A stretch of 64,000 nt of DNA. Origin: an uncultured Candidatus Saccharibacteria bacterium (GTDB lineage Bacteria; Patescibacteriota; Minisyncoccia; Phycocordibacterales; UBA918). The notes under the pieces were generated by a model that did not search any database, was not told the DNA's origin, and saw only the letters and a program-made list of their open reading frames with translations. The translations under genes were made by a program, and so were the position numbers. The stretch spans positions 399,939 through 463,938 of the forward strand of contig CAYGJY010000001.1 of NCBI GenBank assembly GCA_964350645.1, read 5' to 3'. Below, in pieces: positions 1 through 9,007 of the stretch (position 1 is the first letter of the stretch; each line of letters begins with the position of its first letter).

Positions 1-1095
1 GTTGCCTGCCTCGTCAAATGCTTCAATAATCACCGTATGATACCCTGGCTCTAGTTCAGGCAAAGCTATCGTACTGCTGCCAGTTTCATCAATATATTCG
101 TACGGCTCATCACCATCAATTTTTACTGTAAAACGCTTTACTTCTGAAGTTTTATCGACAATAGTCAGCTGCAGAATTTGAGACGGATTAGACAAATCAG
201 CCCCTTCTACTAAAGCAATGTCAAATTTTTCAGGTTTACCAGTGTCAACCGCTAAGCGATAGTGTGTAATAGTGCCCCAACCATCTTCATTTTTAAATTG
301 AATGTGAAAATAAGAAATACCTTCATCAAGATCAGAAATTTCGATTTCAGAAATTGGTGTTTCGTACACTTTAGTCGGCACCGAACTTGGGCTACTACTC
401 AAAAGTGTTCGCACCGCAGTTACTCCAGCTGGTAGAGTCCAGTTGAGCGTGGCGGTCGTTTCTCGTGACCAGCCAGCCGGATCAGGGTGAGATTGTGAGG
501 TAATCTTGGGTGCGGAAGGAGTATTGGCAGGCGGAACATATTCAATCACCTCAGGTGCTGCTGGCACTTCTGCAGCAGCGATAGTGAATGCGGCACTCCC
601 CATACTTGAAAGGACATTGGTGCCACGACCATCAGCTGCAAGTGCTGAACCGCTAGAGAAAGACACTTTTGCATTACCAGCACTGACAGCTCGAAACGAT
701 ACATTCATAATGCCACCAGCTGATCCAGTGTAGCCAGCTGGTGAACCCCCACCAAAAGTGATCTTTCCTGAGGCATTAGAGAAGGTCGGTTCAACGGTCC
801 AGAGATTAAAAATTGTACCCTTTGAAATACCGACAACCTGCAATTTCTGGGGGTCATATGTCAAACTACCCTCTGCGGCATTAACAGGTTGACCTGCAGT
901 ATTGAGTCGAACTTGCACTGAAAAGGTACTGCCCACAGTTTGTACACCAGTTTGAGGACTAACTGAAAGTGTTGCAGCATCTGCAACTGACGCAACAAAA
1001 AGTACCAAGCCAGCCGCTAACACGAACAACACTTGGCAGAGTATATATCGACTGTTATTAGATGTACGCACTAAATTATTCTTCATCATACTCAT
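1..1095 (-). CDS. Cohesin-like domain surface protein, N-terminal part only (C-terminus runs off the window start); paralog of 32068..33597
   Basis: Not in the ORF track because it is truncated. Manual reverse-complement translation from ATG at 1095 gives MSMMKNNLVRTSNNSRYILCQVLFVLAAGLVLFVASVADAATLSVSPQTGVQTVGSTFSVQVRLNTAGQPVNAAEGSLTYDPQKLQVVGISKGTIFNLWTVEPTFSNASGKITFGGGSPAGYTGSAGG... The signal peptide and cohesin-like block are collinear with 32068..33597 (SPASGSFTAGQTF...VNAVEAKLSFDPAVLSVV...SLWTTEPAFSNSAGTIEFGGGSP). It overlaps the stop of the upstream gene by about 20 bp. Confidence 0.6.
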   Translation of the reverse strand, partial: MSMMKNNLVRTSNNSRYILCQVLFVLAAGLVLFVASVADAATLSVSPQTGVQTVGSTFSVQVRLNTAGQPVNAAEGSLTYDPQKLQVVGISKGTIFNLWTVEPTFSNASGKITFGGGSPAGYTGSAGGIMNVSFRAVSAGNAKVSFSSGSALAADGRGTNVLSSMGSAAFTIAAAEVPAAPEVIEYVPPANTPSAPKITSQSHPDPAGWSRETTATLNWTLPAGVTAVRTLLSSSPSSVPTKVYETPISEIEISDLDEGISYFHIQFKNEDGWGTITHYRLAVDTGKPEKFDIALVEGADLSNPSQILQLTIVDKTSEVKRFTVKIDGDEPYEYIDETGSSTIALPELEPGYHTVIIEAFDEAGN

Positions 1096-2140
1096 CTATT
1101 AGCTCAACTGCTTCAATTGTGGTACTAGCTCGTTTTCGGATTCGGCGACGGAGGAACCACACGATTAAACCAAGTAACCCAAGTAGCAATACAATCGACA
1201 GAGTTAAGATAGCTGCGAAAGTTATTTGATCAGCCATACTCTTAGTCCGAAGTGATTCGTCTGGTACCAACGTAGCAACGTATTGATTACCGGCTTTATC
1301 GAAAGCACGAACTCGGATAGTACTATTAAGTGACTGATCTTTGAGTAGGTACGGACTACGAGCAGTGATCCACGGTGTATCGGTACCTCCCCAGGCAAAA
1401 AGATTTAATTGTTCCAATGGTTCTTCAATAATTTCATAATGATCAATCCCTGATTGTTTATCAGAAGTATTGAAAACTACGTAGTAGCGGCCAGCATAAA
1501 TTGAGCGATCCGAATTCAAAGAAATTGTAAATGGATTTGGTGGTGCAGTATCATCACTGATTCGCTCCTGCCATTCGTCGTTCACAGAACCAGTTGGGCG
1601 CGTGTTGACAAGAATATTAGCCTCAATGGTGCGTAATTGTGCCGGAGTGCCAGCTCCATCATTTAGAAGCACAGCTGTTTCTGAAGAAAATGCAATTTGA
1701 GCGACTGGATCAACATCCTGTGCTCCAATGCGCAGGCCTGGAGCTTGAAAAATTATCTCGGCGATTGTATTCGTGAGTCGTGGATCACCTTCAATTCTCC
1801 CACAGTAACCATTTGGAATTCCGCCGGCAAACGTTATGCGCTGATTTTTTTTATCGATAACTGGTTCCTCAACCCAGACTGGAAAAATAGATGCTCCGAG
1901 CGAGATATCTACTGGTGAAATGTTTTCCGGGTACGTAATCACACCATCAATAGCATTGATGCATTCACCATCATCTGTATCAATTCTAACTGCTACTGCA
2001 ATGGTATCGCCAGGATCGATTTCTGCCTCGCGTGGATCAAGATACAGCGTGGCAGCTTCAACAGAAGTAGTCAGGGTAACAAAAAATACAAGTAAAATGC
2101 CCGAAATTAGAACTCTCATTGCTTTAAGTATATCAACCAA
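1076..2140 (-). CDS. Secreted cohesin-like domain protein with C-terminal TM anchor and basic stop-transfer tail (RRRIRKR) plus a short acidic cytoplasmic tail
   Basis: 354-aa ORF with an N-terminal signal peptide and LYLDPREAEIDPGDTIAVAVRIDT...INAIDGVITYPENISPVDISLG...ITFAGGIPNGYCG. This has the same β-sandwich pattern as the other cohesin-like genes here. The C-terminus FAAILTLSIVLLLGLLGLIVWFLRRRIRKR is a hydrophobic helix followed by basic residues. Confidence 0.6.
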   Translation of the reverse strand: MVDILKAMRVLISGILLVFFVTLTTSVEAATLYLDPREAEIDPGDTIAVAVRIDTDDGECINAIDGVITYPENISPVDISLGASIFPVWVEEPVIDKKNQRITFAGGIPNGYCGRIEGDPRLTNTIAEIIFQAPGLRIGAQDVDPVAQIAFSSETAVLLNDGAGTPAQLRTIEANILVNTRPTGSVNDEWQERISDDTAPPNPFTISLNSDRSIYAGRYYVVFNTSDKQSGIDHYEIIEEPLEQLNLFAWGGTDTPWITARSPYLLKDQSLNSTIRVRAFDKAGNQYVATLVPDESLRTKSMADQITFAAILTLSIVLLLGLLGLIVWFLRRRIRKRASTTIEAVELIDEYDEE

Positions 2141-2192
2141 TGTGACAAAAAAAATGATCAGCTTGTGTATACAAAATTAATAGAAACGAAAA

Positions 2193-2217
2193 ACCCCTCT
2201 CGTGGTGGGAGATAGGG
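2193..2217 (-). terminator. Imperfect hairpin followed by a T-run on the minus strand, downstream of the 2246..3403 gene
   Basis: aaaCCCCTCTCgtggtgGGAGATAGGGcttt gives one bulged stem. On the minus strand it is followed by GTTTTTCGTTTC. Confidence 0.3.
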
Positions 2218-2245
2218 CTTTCGCGTACTCTAAGCTGTTTGTAAT

Positions 2246-3403
2246 TTAGAACGTAGGCGTTGCTACGTAGGTGAGTGTGGCTTCGTAGTCATCACCAGCT
2301 TCTTGCAAAGCGGTAATTTGTACCTTATAGCCAACATCTGCAACTCCAACTCCGTTTCCAGAGGTAATTCCAGCTGCTGGACCATTGTGGGCCATCACTA
2401 CTCGTGGGCTCGTACTGGCTGCGATCCAGGTATCAGAAGCAAAATCTGCAGTCCGAACACCATTGGTGCTCGTGTCGCTTGATGTTACTCCCCAGTGACC
2501 ATAGGTCTCATCAAAACCAATCGTTGCCGCTGGCGCCGCCCAAGCGCCTGGTGTATCGGTCTCAACTCCATTGTTGAAGAGATCGATATCTGCTCCAGTT
2601 GAAGACAATAACGTATCATCAACTTGTACTGTGACAACATACCCTTGCTTAGCGTTTGTGTTTACTACAAGCCGCTGTGCGGACGTTGTAGCGTTGTCAC
2701 CTCCGGCTAGAAGTGTACCAAACCTAATTTGAGTAGGTGTCGTTGTACCAGTTGTAGTGGTACCGTTAACTGTTTGTCCTCCTCCAAGACCAAGCACTGA
2801 GAATTCGAATTGAGTGTCAATACTAGCGCTGACTAGAACATTTTCTAGAATCATTACTCGTGTTGCACCAATATCTCCTTCTGAAGTAGCAATATTGATC
2901 TCGTAAGAACTGGTTGCTGGGTTAACAATTTGACCGTTCCCCGTTCCACCAAAGGTGGCGTTGGTACCGATTTCAACTGTGACGGTTGTACCCGTTGCAA
3001 TTGTTTCTGTACCACTGGTGAAGACAATGCCAAATGTTGAGGTTGAAACCCCCCAGGTGGCTCCTGACGGTGAATCTGCAAGTGCATAATCAGTCGTCGT
3101 AGCTAAGTCGATATCGCCTGCGTCAATGTTTGACAAGTCGAAATCTGACGTGCCATCTGGGAAAGTAATTGTAATGGTGTCACCATTACTGACTGGTGTC
3201 CCTTCATCTGGGATCGTGAAAGTGATCGTATGATTGGACACCACATCCGGTGCTGAGTCAGAAAGTACATCACTGACTTCAGTTAGACTTGCAGCTTCCG
3301 AAAAACGGAGTGACGGCAAGCCAAGAGACCATAATAGGACTGCAAGGCCAGCAATCGCTGCAACAGCTTGGAGTACTCCGACGGATTTTTCCGATCGAAA
3401 CAT
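2246..3403 (-). CDS. Secreted Thr/Gly-rich surface protein with a WxL-like C-terminal domain (paralog of 43420..44568)
   Basis: 385 aa with a signal peptide and T/G/S-rich repeats. The C-terminal ...ETYGHWGVTSSD...ITALQEAGDDYEATLTYVATPTF is collinear with the paralog ending ...ITALQEAADDYSAILTYIATPTF. The terminal D-Y-x-(A/G)-T-L-T-Y-(V/I)-x-T-P pattern resembles the second WxL/YxL motif of Gram-positive WxL-domain proteins. Confidence 0.55.
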   Translation of the reverse strand: MFRSEKSVGVLQAVAAIAGLAVLLWSLGLPSLRFSEAASLTEVSDVLSDSAPDVVSNHTITFTIPDEGTPVSNGDTITITFPDGTSDFDLSNIDAGDIDLATTTDYALADSPSGATWGVSTSTFGIVFTSGTETIATGTTVTVEIGTNATFGGTGNGQIVNPATSSYEINIATSEGDIGATRVMILENVLVSASIDTQFEFSVLGLGGGQTVNGTTTTGTTTPTQIRFGTLLAGGDNATTSAQRLVVNTNAKQGYVVTVQVDDTLLSSTGADIDLFNNGVETDTPGAWAAPAATIGFDETYGHWGVTSSDTSTNGVRTADFASDTWIAASTSPRVVMAHNGPAAGITSGNGVGVADVGYKVQITALQEAGDDYEATLTYVATPTF

Positions 3404-3683
3404 ACTCTACGTTGATTGTTAGCTTACACCCCTTCGCAAAAGCACCAAGCTGTTAGTGCCTTACAAAGCTCGACTGTGGTAGTCGACACTACGCAAGTTC
3501 TCCACCCCTCACGTATGTAAAAGTGATGTAAACATATCTGCATGCATAACACCTGGCTGCTGGTGCCCGCGCGCAAGCGCACGTAATAACTAATTGTTAC
3601 CTTGTACAGCAGATACTAGTACATTGTAGCTCGGGTCATTTTCATTACAGAATTTTTGCTGGGGAAAACAATATTTTAGCGCA

Positions 3684-4802
3684 CTAACCAGTCCAGTTGA
3701 AAAGCAAAATTGAGAAGTCTTCAATACCAACATTACCGTTACCGTTGATGTCTGCCGGCGGATTTGAATCACCACCTGGAGTTTGCCACCAAAACAACAA
3801 AATTGAAAAGTCGATCAGATCTACTTCCCCGTCACGATTAAGATCTGACGGGGTTGTGGCTCGCCCTTCTACTCCTACAAACAATGTGAGAGCTGTACTG
3901 AAGCTGCTCTCAGTTGTTAGTGCACCGGTACCCTGGACATACCGAGCTTTAGCAATATACTCCGCTGGACGTAAATCTGACGTCGAATAAGCAATTCCCC
4001 ATGTCCCGTTAGCCGCAGCGTCAAGTCTCGCAGCAACGTCATTGTTGATATACAACTGTACCTGACTGTTAGGGGCAGCCTGACCACTGAAGACAATAGT
4101 ATCACCTGGGTTAATTTCAACATTATCAGCTGCAATTGTTGGTGGCAATAATAACCCTCGCAGATTTGTTACGGCTCCTTGGGTAACATCGAAAGTAGTG
4201 TTGTAGGTGATTGAGCGTACTCCATTAACATCTGTGGACCAAAACCCCATTGTAGCGGCTCCTGGGGACGTCTCAATTGAAAATTCAAACTCTCCTCGAC
4301 TGTTAGCATTCACTCGACCAACCGCTTCTGCATCAAGAATAATATTAACTTGACGATTGGGATACGCGATACCTTCGACACTGATAGATGTGTCGCCAAA
4401 GTCAACGCTACTACCACCTCCACCCCCTGAACCACCTCCCGATGATCCTCCCCCGCCAGACCCAGCTGGTTCAATCGTACAGTCAGCCCCACAAAAATCA
4501 CCATCTTCATTGTTGCCGTCATCACATTGCTCACTAAAAATTGTTTGCAAAATACCATCACCACAATACGGTCCATACGAACAAATTGGAGTGCATTGTC
4601 TACCAACAATAGTTGTACTGTATACACCAGTTTCACCTGGTACATCACATTCTTCTCCAGTCTCTACTAGTGAATTTCCACAGTTAGTCACTTGTAGTGA
4701 CGTAGAAGCTACGCTCATTGTTTGAGCGTTAGAAAAATGACTTGGATGTGCCACACCAAGTAATACCAGTACGACACTGAAAACTAGTACAAACAATTTC
4801 AT
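3684..4802 (-). CDS. Secreted protein: Myxococcus-type Cys-rich repeat, Gly/Ser linker, Ig-like domains, C-terminal type-I dockerin
   Basis: 372 aa with a signal peptide. YCGDGILQTIFSEQCDDGNNEDGDFCGADC matches the CGDG...E.CDDGN...DGC...C repeat. A GGGGSSGGGSGGGGGSS linker follows. The C-terminal DLNRDGEVDLIDFSILLFWW...ADINGNGNVGIEDFSILLFNW is a duplicated Ca-binding dockerin segment. Confidence 0.7.
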   Translation of the reverse strand: MKLFVLVFSVVLVLLGVAHPSHFSNAQTMSVASTSLQVTNCGNSLVETGEECDVPGETGVYSTTIVGRQCTPICSYGPYCGDGILQTIFSEQCDDGNNEDGDFCGADCTIEPAGSGGGGSSGGGSGGGGGSSVDFGDTSISVEGIAYPNRQVNIILDAEAVGRVNANSRGEFEFSIETSPGAATMGFWSTDVNGVRSITYNTTFDVTQGAVTNLRGLLLPPTIAADNVEINPGDTIVFSGQAAPNSQVQLYINNDVAARLDAAANGTWGIAYSTSDLRPAEYIAKARYVQGTGALTTESSFSTALTLFVGVEGRATTPSDLNRDGEVDLIDFSILLFWWQTPGGDSNPPADINGNGNVGIEDFSILLFNWTG

Positions 4803-4805
4803 AGC

Positions 4806-5744
4806 TTATACCTTACGTTTTTTGCGGCGCTGAGAGTAGAGTAATGAGGCTGTGATAAGGAAAATTGTTAGCAATGGCAAGATAATAGAGATCATGTGTG
4901 GTAATGATAAGCCAAGAAGACCATACCCAGCAGTCTGCAGTGTTCCGTACGGGACAATATTTAGAGTTACTTCCCCTTCCTGTTTCAGCTCTTCTTGATT
5001 ATAGATTTCATAACGAGCTAAATAACTCCCCGATGGTAATCTAGTCGGCAGCTCAGAAAGCACATCTTCAGTCCCAAATGGATCGACTTTTTTAATTCTA
5101 TTTGTGTGTTCAGTCTCTTCAAGCAGAATGGTTCCCGTTTGATCATAAATTTTAAAAACCACTTTTGATGGTGCCACTGGTACATTACCGATATTTTCGA
5201 TTAACATCTTGAACCGAATCTTTCCAGGGAAGTATAACCAAGCAAATTTATGTCCTTCATTTAGATCACCAATGTTAATTCGTCGCACACGGAAATCTAA
5301 AATTTCTTTGTCAATAACATTGAGACTAATATCAACCTGTGCCCCAAGCGAAATACTCACAGAACCACTTCCATTTCCATCGTCTGCTGGACCAGTCTTA
5401 ATACGTAGTTTCCCCTTATAGTTTTTGAACTCAGCATCGTCAGGAATTTTAACCCGCACTGTCATTGGCACCTTCTGTTCACCTGCAGGGAGTAAAAAGG
5501 TATCGCCTTCGATAATTTCGATCCAATCTGATACTTCGGGCGCATCTATACTAATCGTTGCCTTAAGAGCCTTATTAGGATCACTACGTACAAGCAAAAT
5601 TTGTTGCTCATAAACTGAGTTTCTCGTTAGGCTAGTATTTTGAAAATATGGCGGCGTTACACCAAAACCTGCGTGTGCCATTGGAGCACTCAAAATCTGC
5701 AGGATGCATACAAAAAATAAAGGTACTAGTAATTTCCTTACCAT
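4806..5744 (-). CDS. Signal-peptide protein with β-sandwich ectodomain and C-terminal TM anchor (RRKKRKV tail); DUF916/CscA-like architecture
   Basis: The ORF-track start is 5882, but the ATG at 5744 gives MVRKLLVPLFFVCILQILSAPMAHA, a clean signal peptide, and avoids overlap with the upstream gene. GFGVTPPYFQNTSLTRNSVYEQQILLVRSDPNK resembles the DUF916 N-terminus. It ends in a TM helix plus a basic tail. Paralog of 42224..43321. Confidence 0.5.
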   Translation of the reverse strand: MVRKLLVPLFFVCILQILSAPMAHAGFGVTPPYFQNTSLTRNSVYEQQILLVRSDPNKALKATISIDAPEVSDWIEIIEGDTFLLPAGEQKVPMTVRVKIPDDAEFKNYKGKLRIKTGPADDGNGSGSVSISLGAQVDISLNVIDKEILDFRVRRINIGDLNEGHKFAWLYFPGKIRFKMLIENIGNVPVAPSKVVFKIYDQTGTILLEETEHTNRIKKVDPFGTEDVLSELPTRLPSGSYLARYEIYNQEELKQEGEVTLNIVPYGTLQTAGYGLLGLSLPHMISIILPLLTIFLITASLLYSQRRKKRKV

Positions 5745-5856
5745 GAAAAAGAATGCGCGAGTCGCTGGTTTATTATCGAAGAAAAGTGACAAAAACGCAA
5801 CAGCCACTGCTTTATAACAGTGGCATAAGTTGCATTGACAAATTTGAAGTGAGGGT

Positions 5857-7719
5857 TTAATTACCCCACGTAGAGGTAGCACTGACTACTGCCGTAAAGA
5901 CGTTCTCACCGAAGTAGTTACCAGCAAAGGTAATCGTACCTGGGATTGCAATACCCCAGAAAGTATCGCGACTAGACGGAGTTGTAGTTGCTTGCGACTT
6001 TGGAATCAAAGACTCAAGAACCTGTGGTGTGGTTGAAGCATTGAGTGTAAAGCCAGAACCATAAGAGACTGCTGAAGTTGCGTACTGCTGCTGATCGACT
6101 GGAATAGTTGATGTGGATGATACTCGACATGGGCTACCTGGAACAAAGCTATTACACATTGACTCTCCGTACAGCTCTTGGTTTAAACCAGTGTTACCAG
6201 TAGTTTCTACAGTTGTAGAGGCATTTAGGTTTTGTGAATCGGTACCAGGTTCTAGCGGTCCATACGGGATTGATGTGTCGAGGAGGTTAAGAGCCAGCAA
6301 GCTATTAAGTTCAATGTTGGTGTTTGTACTTGGTACAAATTCACTACTGGCAGCATCATCATCGATACCTGAAACAGCGGCCAACCAACTCTCGTCGAAA
6401 TAGAATGCATTTACGTCAGTTGGATCAGCGATGTACCAAAGTGGGAACGTACAATCGAACTGTAATGTGGTATCGGTATCATCTGCTGCATACGTACAGC
6501 TAGTAGTAGAAGCAGTACATTCTAGATTCCACGTTGTTGTTGCTACCTGACTTGGATAACAATTATTGGCATTATACTCTCCTGCAGAATCACAAGAAGT
6601 AGTACCAACCCCAGACCGGAATACTGAAGCTGTATAATCAACAATTTCGTCATAGGTATTACCTCCAACTGCATCACAGCTATTAGCGTCCGTTACCTGG
6701 AAAGAAAGTAGGAAACCTGTTGTTTCTCCTCCCTCTGTAACAAGATCTATGTCTAGACCATCGTTTAGTATGATCTGAGCCCCAGTGATAGTAGGAGCGA
6801 CGTTATTGACAGTAAGAATAGAATCAGTACCTTGCGCAACTCCAATTGATGGATGCCCGTGATTGTCAACAATGAAACCATAAGCTGGGTAATCATCATC
6901 CTGCATCACAGCTCCTAGTTGGTAAGTTGCGGTTGCGTTTGTACTGACAGGAACTGTGGTTGATGCTAATTCAATACCATTACATCCTAATGAAGAAGTG
7001 GCGTTAAAGCTTGGTGTACTACAGACATATAAACTGACAGTGTCTTGCGTGCCGGTTGTGTCTGCGTCAGTTGAAGTGGCATAAAAGATTACTGTTGCGC
7101 CAGGATCAGCCGGTGAATCATCCCAATAACCAGTGAACGTTGGTCGATGATTTACGTTAAACGGTGAAGACGTAGAACCAGTTCCTTGCTGTGGAGTCAC
7201 GTTACAACGTGCGTTTGGCACTGAGTCACAAACCCAAGCGTACCAATCATTTTCTTCGGCAAATGCTTCAGTTGTTGTAGTGGCTGCCGTTGCTTGTGCG
7301 CCCGTGGTAGTGAGTCCTGAAACTGCCCATAGTACATCAGTGCCTCCACAGGTTGGTGGACCTCCGTTAACGGCAGTTGGTGTTGCGTTACCGTCACAGA
7401 TGAGCAGATAATAATCTTCAAGACTTGGGTCAGATGCTACTGCTGTCCAGGTCATGACGTCACCGGAGTTTGTCGGACTTGAGGTTGAAGACTCTGGTGA
7501 CTCAAAAGGACCAGTATCAAAAGATGGTGGTGTGTTAAGTACCGTGACTGTTGTCTGGGCTGTGCTCGAACTTTGCGCGATCGCTTGCTTGAATTCTTTG
7601 GCACCGATGTTTAACAAGAAGATAAACGTAAACACTAGTACTCCAGCAAAAGCGCTAAGAATAGAAATCTTTCCGGCTGTTTGAATATAGGTTTGAAACT
7701 GCTCTTTGTTGTACGACAT
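5857..7719 (-). CDS. Type-II (N-terminal signal-anchor) Cys-rich, Thr-rich surface protein
   Basis: 620 aa. The N-terminal ISILSAFAGVLVFTFIFLLNIG is a TM helix. There are many Cys in an otherwise T/S/G/D-rich ectodomain. The C-terminal motif FWGIAIPGT is shared with the giant protein C-terminus, which ends YWGIAIPFGT. Confidence 0.6.
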   Translation of the reverse strand: MSYNKEQFQTYIQTAGKISILSAFAGVLVFTFIFLLNIGAKEFKQAIAQSSSTAQTTVTVLNTPPSFDTGPFESPESSTSSPTNSGDVMTWTAVASDPSLEDYYLLICDGNATPTAVNGGPPTCGGTDVLWAVSGLTTTGAQATAATTTTEAFAEENDWYAWVCDSVPNARCNVTPQQGTGSTSSPFNVNHRPTFTGYWDDSPADPGATVIFYATSTDADTTGTQDTVSLYVCSTPSFNATSSLGCNGIELASTTVPVSTNATATYQLGAVMQDDDYPAYGFIVDNHGHPSIGVAQGTDSILTVNNVAPTITGAQIILNDGLDIDLVTEGGETTGFLLSFQVTDANSCDAVGGNTYDEIVDYTASVFRSGVGTTSCDSAGEYNANNCYPSQVATTTWNLECTASTTSCTYAADDTDTTLQFDCTFPLWYIADPTDVNAFYFDESWLAAVSGIDDDAASSEFVPSTNTNIELNSLLALNLLDTSIPYGPLEPGTDSQNLNASTTVETTGNTGLNQELYGESMCNSFVPGSPCRVSSTSTIPVDQQQYATSAVSYGSGFTLNASTTPQVLESLIPKSQATTTPSSRDTFWGIAIPGTITFAGNYFGENVFTAVVSATSTWGN

Positions 7720-7796
7720 ATCAATAAATTACTCTTAAGTAATTGTAACGGAAGTAAAAAAGTTTTTCAGTAGTTATACACAGGCTATACACAAGC

Positions 7797-9005
7797 TTAT
7801 TCGTACCTGATTGCATCAAGTGGATTAAGAGTCGACGCACGCTTAGCTGGGAAAATACCGGTTAGATACCCCACTACAGCCGAAAATAGTGCAATAAATG
7901 TGAGGAAGCCAAGTGGAAATGAGAACAATGAGACTGACTGTCCTCCAAATTGTCCCGCCACAATATTCAACATCAAGTTAATTGAAAGCCCTAATGTAAC
8001 CCCCATCACAATGCCGCTGATGCCCCCTAAAAAACCAACCACAATTGATTCTGAAACGAACAAATATTTAATATCAGTGGGAGCTGCGCCGATCGTACGC
8101 ATGATCCCAATCTCCTTAGTTCGTTCGAGGAGTGTCACTGTCATAGTGTTAAACATACCAATCGCTGACACGATTAAAGCGATGCCACCAAACGTACCCA
8201 GAACCGCTTGAACACCTTGAAAAATTTTTGATGCTTGTTCAACTGTCTTAGAGAGAGCCGTTACCCGATACCCTTCAGCGATCAGTTTCTCTTCTACCAA
8301 TGGTAGAGCTTCATTTGTTGCCACACGCACCTGAATTCTTTCGTACTCTTCAATACCAATGTGAGTTCGGAGCTCTGGAAGCATCATCAGCGCATTTAAC
8401 ACACCTTCTTCTTTAGTAATACCTTTAACGGTATATTCTTTATCGATGAAAATTTCATTGATGTTTTCGGTGCCATCATTGGCCGGTACCAGGATGCGAA
8501 ATTTTACCTTTTGGCCGACAAACTCTTCAGCATCTTCAATCCCAAAGAGCTTGAGTACCGCTGGAGAGAGCATAATACTCGTTGTATCACCTGCATCTTC
8601 ATCGACAAACACCTCCCCCACTTCGGCAGTTAAACCCGAATAACGCAAATACGGCGGCTCAGCTCCCTGAAGAAATACGTTACCGGTAAGACCTTTATAG
8701 GTGACCAAGGCCGGGAAACGAGCTAAGGGCGCTGCGTCTAAAATGTTTTCATCAAGCTCAAATAAGCGGACAGTATCATTGGTTAACTTCAAATTTTGTG
8801 CTCCAGTAGCAGAAACACCAAGCGAAAGCAAAGTTTCTCCAAAGACAATCTGTTCGAGAATAATTTGTTGCAACCCAAACCCAAGACCAACGAGCACCAC
8901 CACAGCACCAGTGCCAACACCCATACCAAGAATGGTTAGCCAGGTACGAAGTGGGTTAGTTTTGAAGTTTCGAGTCGACAAGCGAGCGAGATCTGATAGC
9001 AACAT
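7797..9005 (-). CDS. ABC transporter permease of the FtsX/MacB (ABC3) family
   Basis: 402 aa with TM1, a ~230-aa extracytoplasmic domain and three C-terminal TMs. The FtsX-family signature region is GGIALIVSAIGMFNTMTVTLLERTKEIGIMRTIGA. It is adjacent to the ABC ATPase gene with a 2-bp gap. Confidence 0.8.
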   Translation of the reverse strand: MLLSDLARLSTRNFKTNPLRTWLTILGMGVGTGAVVVLVGLGFGLQQIILEQIVFGETLLSLGVSATGAQNLKLTNDTVRLFELDENILDAAPLARFPALVTYKGLTGNVFLQGAEPPYLRYSGLTAEVGEVFVDEDAGDTTSIMLSPAVLKLFGIEDAEEFVGQKVKFRILVPANDGTENINEIFIDKEYTVKGITKEEGVLNALMMLPELRTHIGIEEYERIQVRVATNEALPLVEEKLIAEGYRVTALSKTVEQASKIFQGVQAVLGTFGGIALIVSAIGMFNTMTVTLLERTKEIGIMRTIGAAPTDIKYLFVSESIVVGFLGGISGIVMGVTLGLSINLMLNIVAGQFGGQSVSLFSFPLGFLTFIALFSAVVGYLTGIFPAKRASTLNPLDAIRYE

Positions 9006-9007
9006 AT

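Noticed and set aside
506-733. Plus-strand 75-aa ORF
   Set aside because: It lies wholly inside the minus-strand cohesin-like gene 1..1095, is Ala/Gly-rich and is antisense. It is not supported.
3404-3683. 280-bp gap upstream of the WxL-like gene with short GC-rich patch (GTGCCCGCGCGCAAGCGCAC) and GTAGTcgacACTAC mini-hairpin
   Set aside because: The stems are too short to argue for an RNA element. This is most simply the promoter/5' UTR of 2246..3403.
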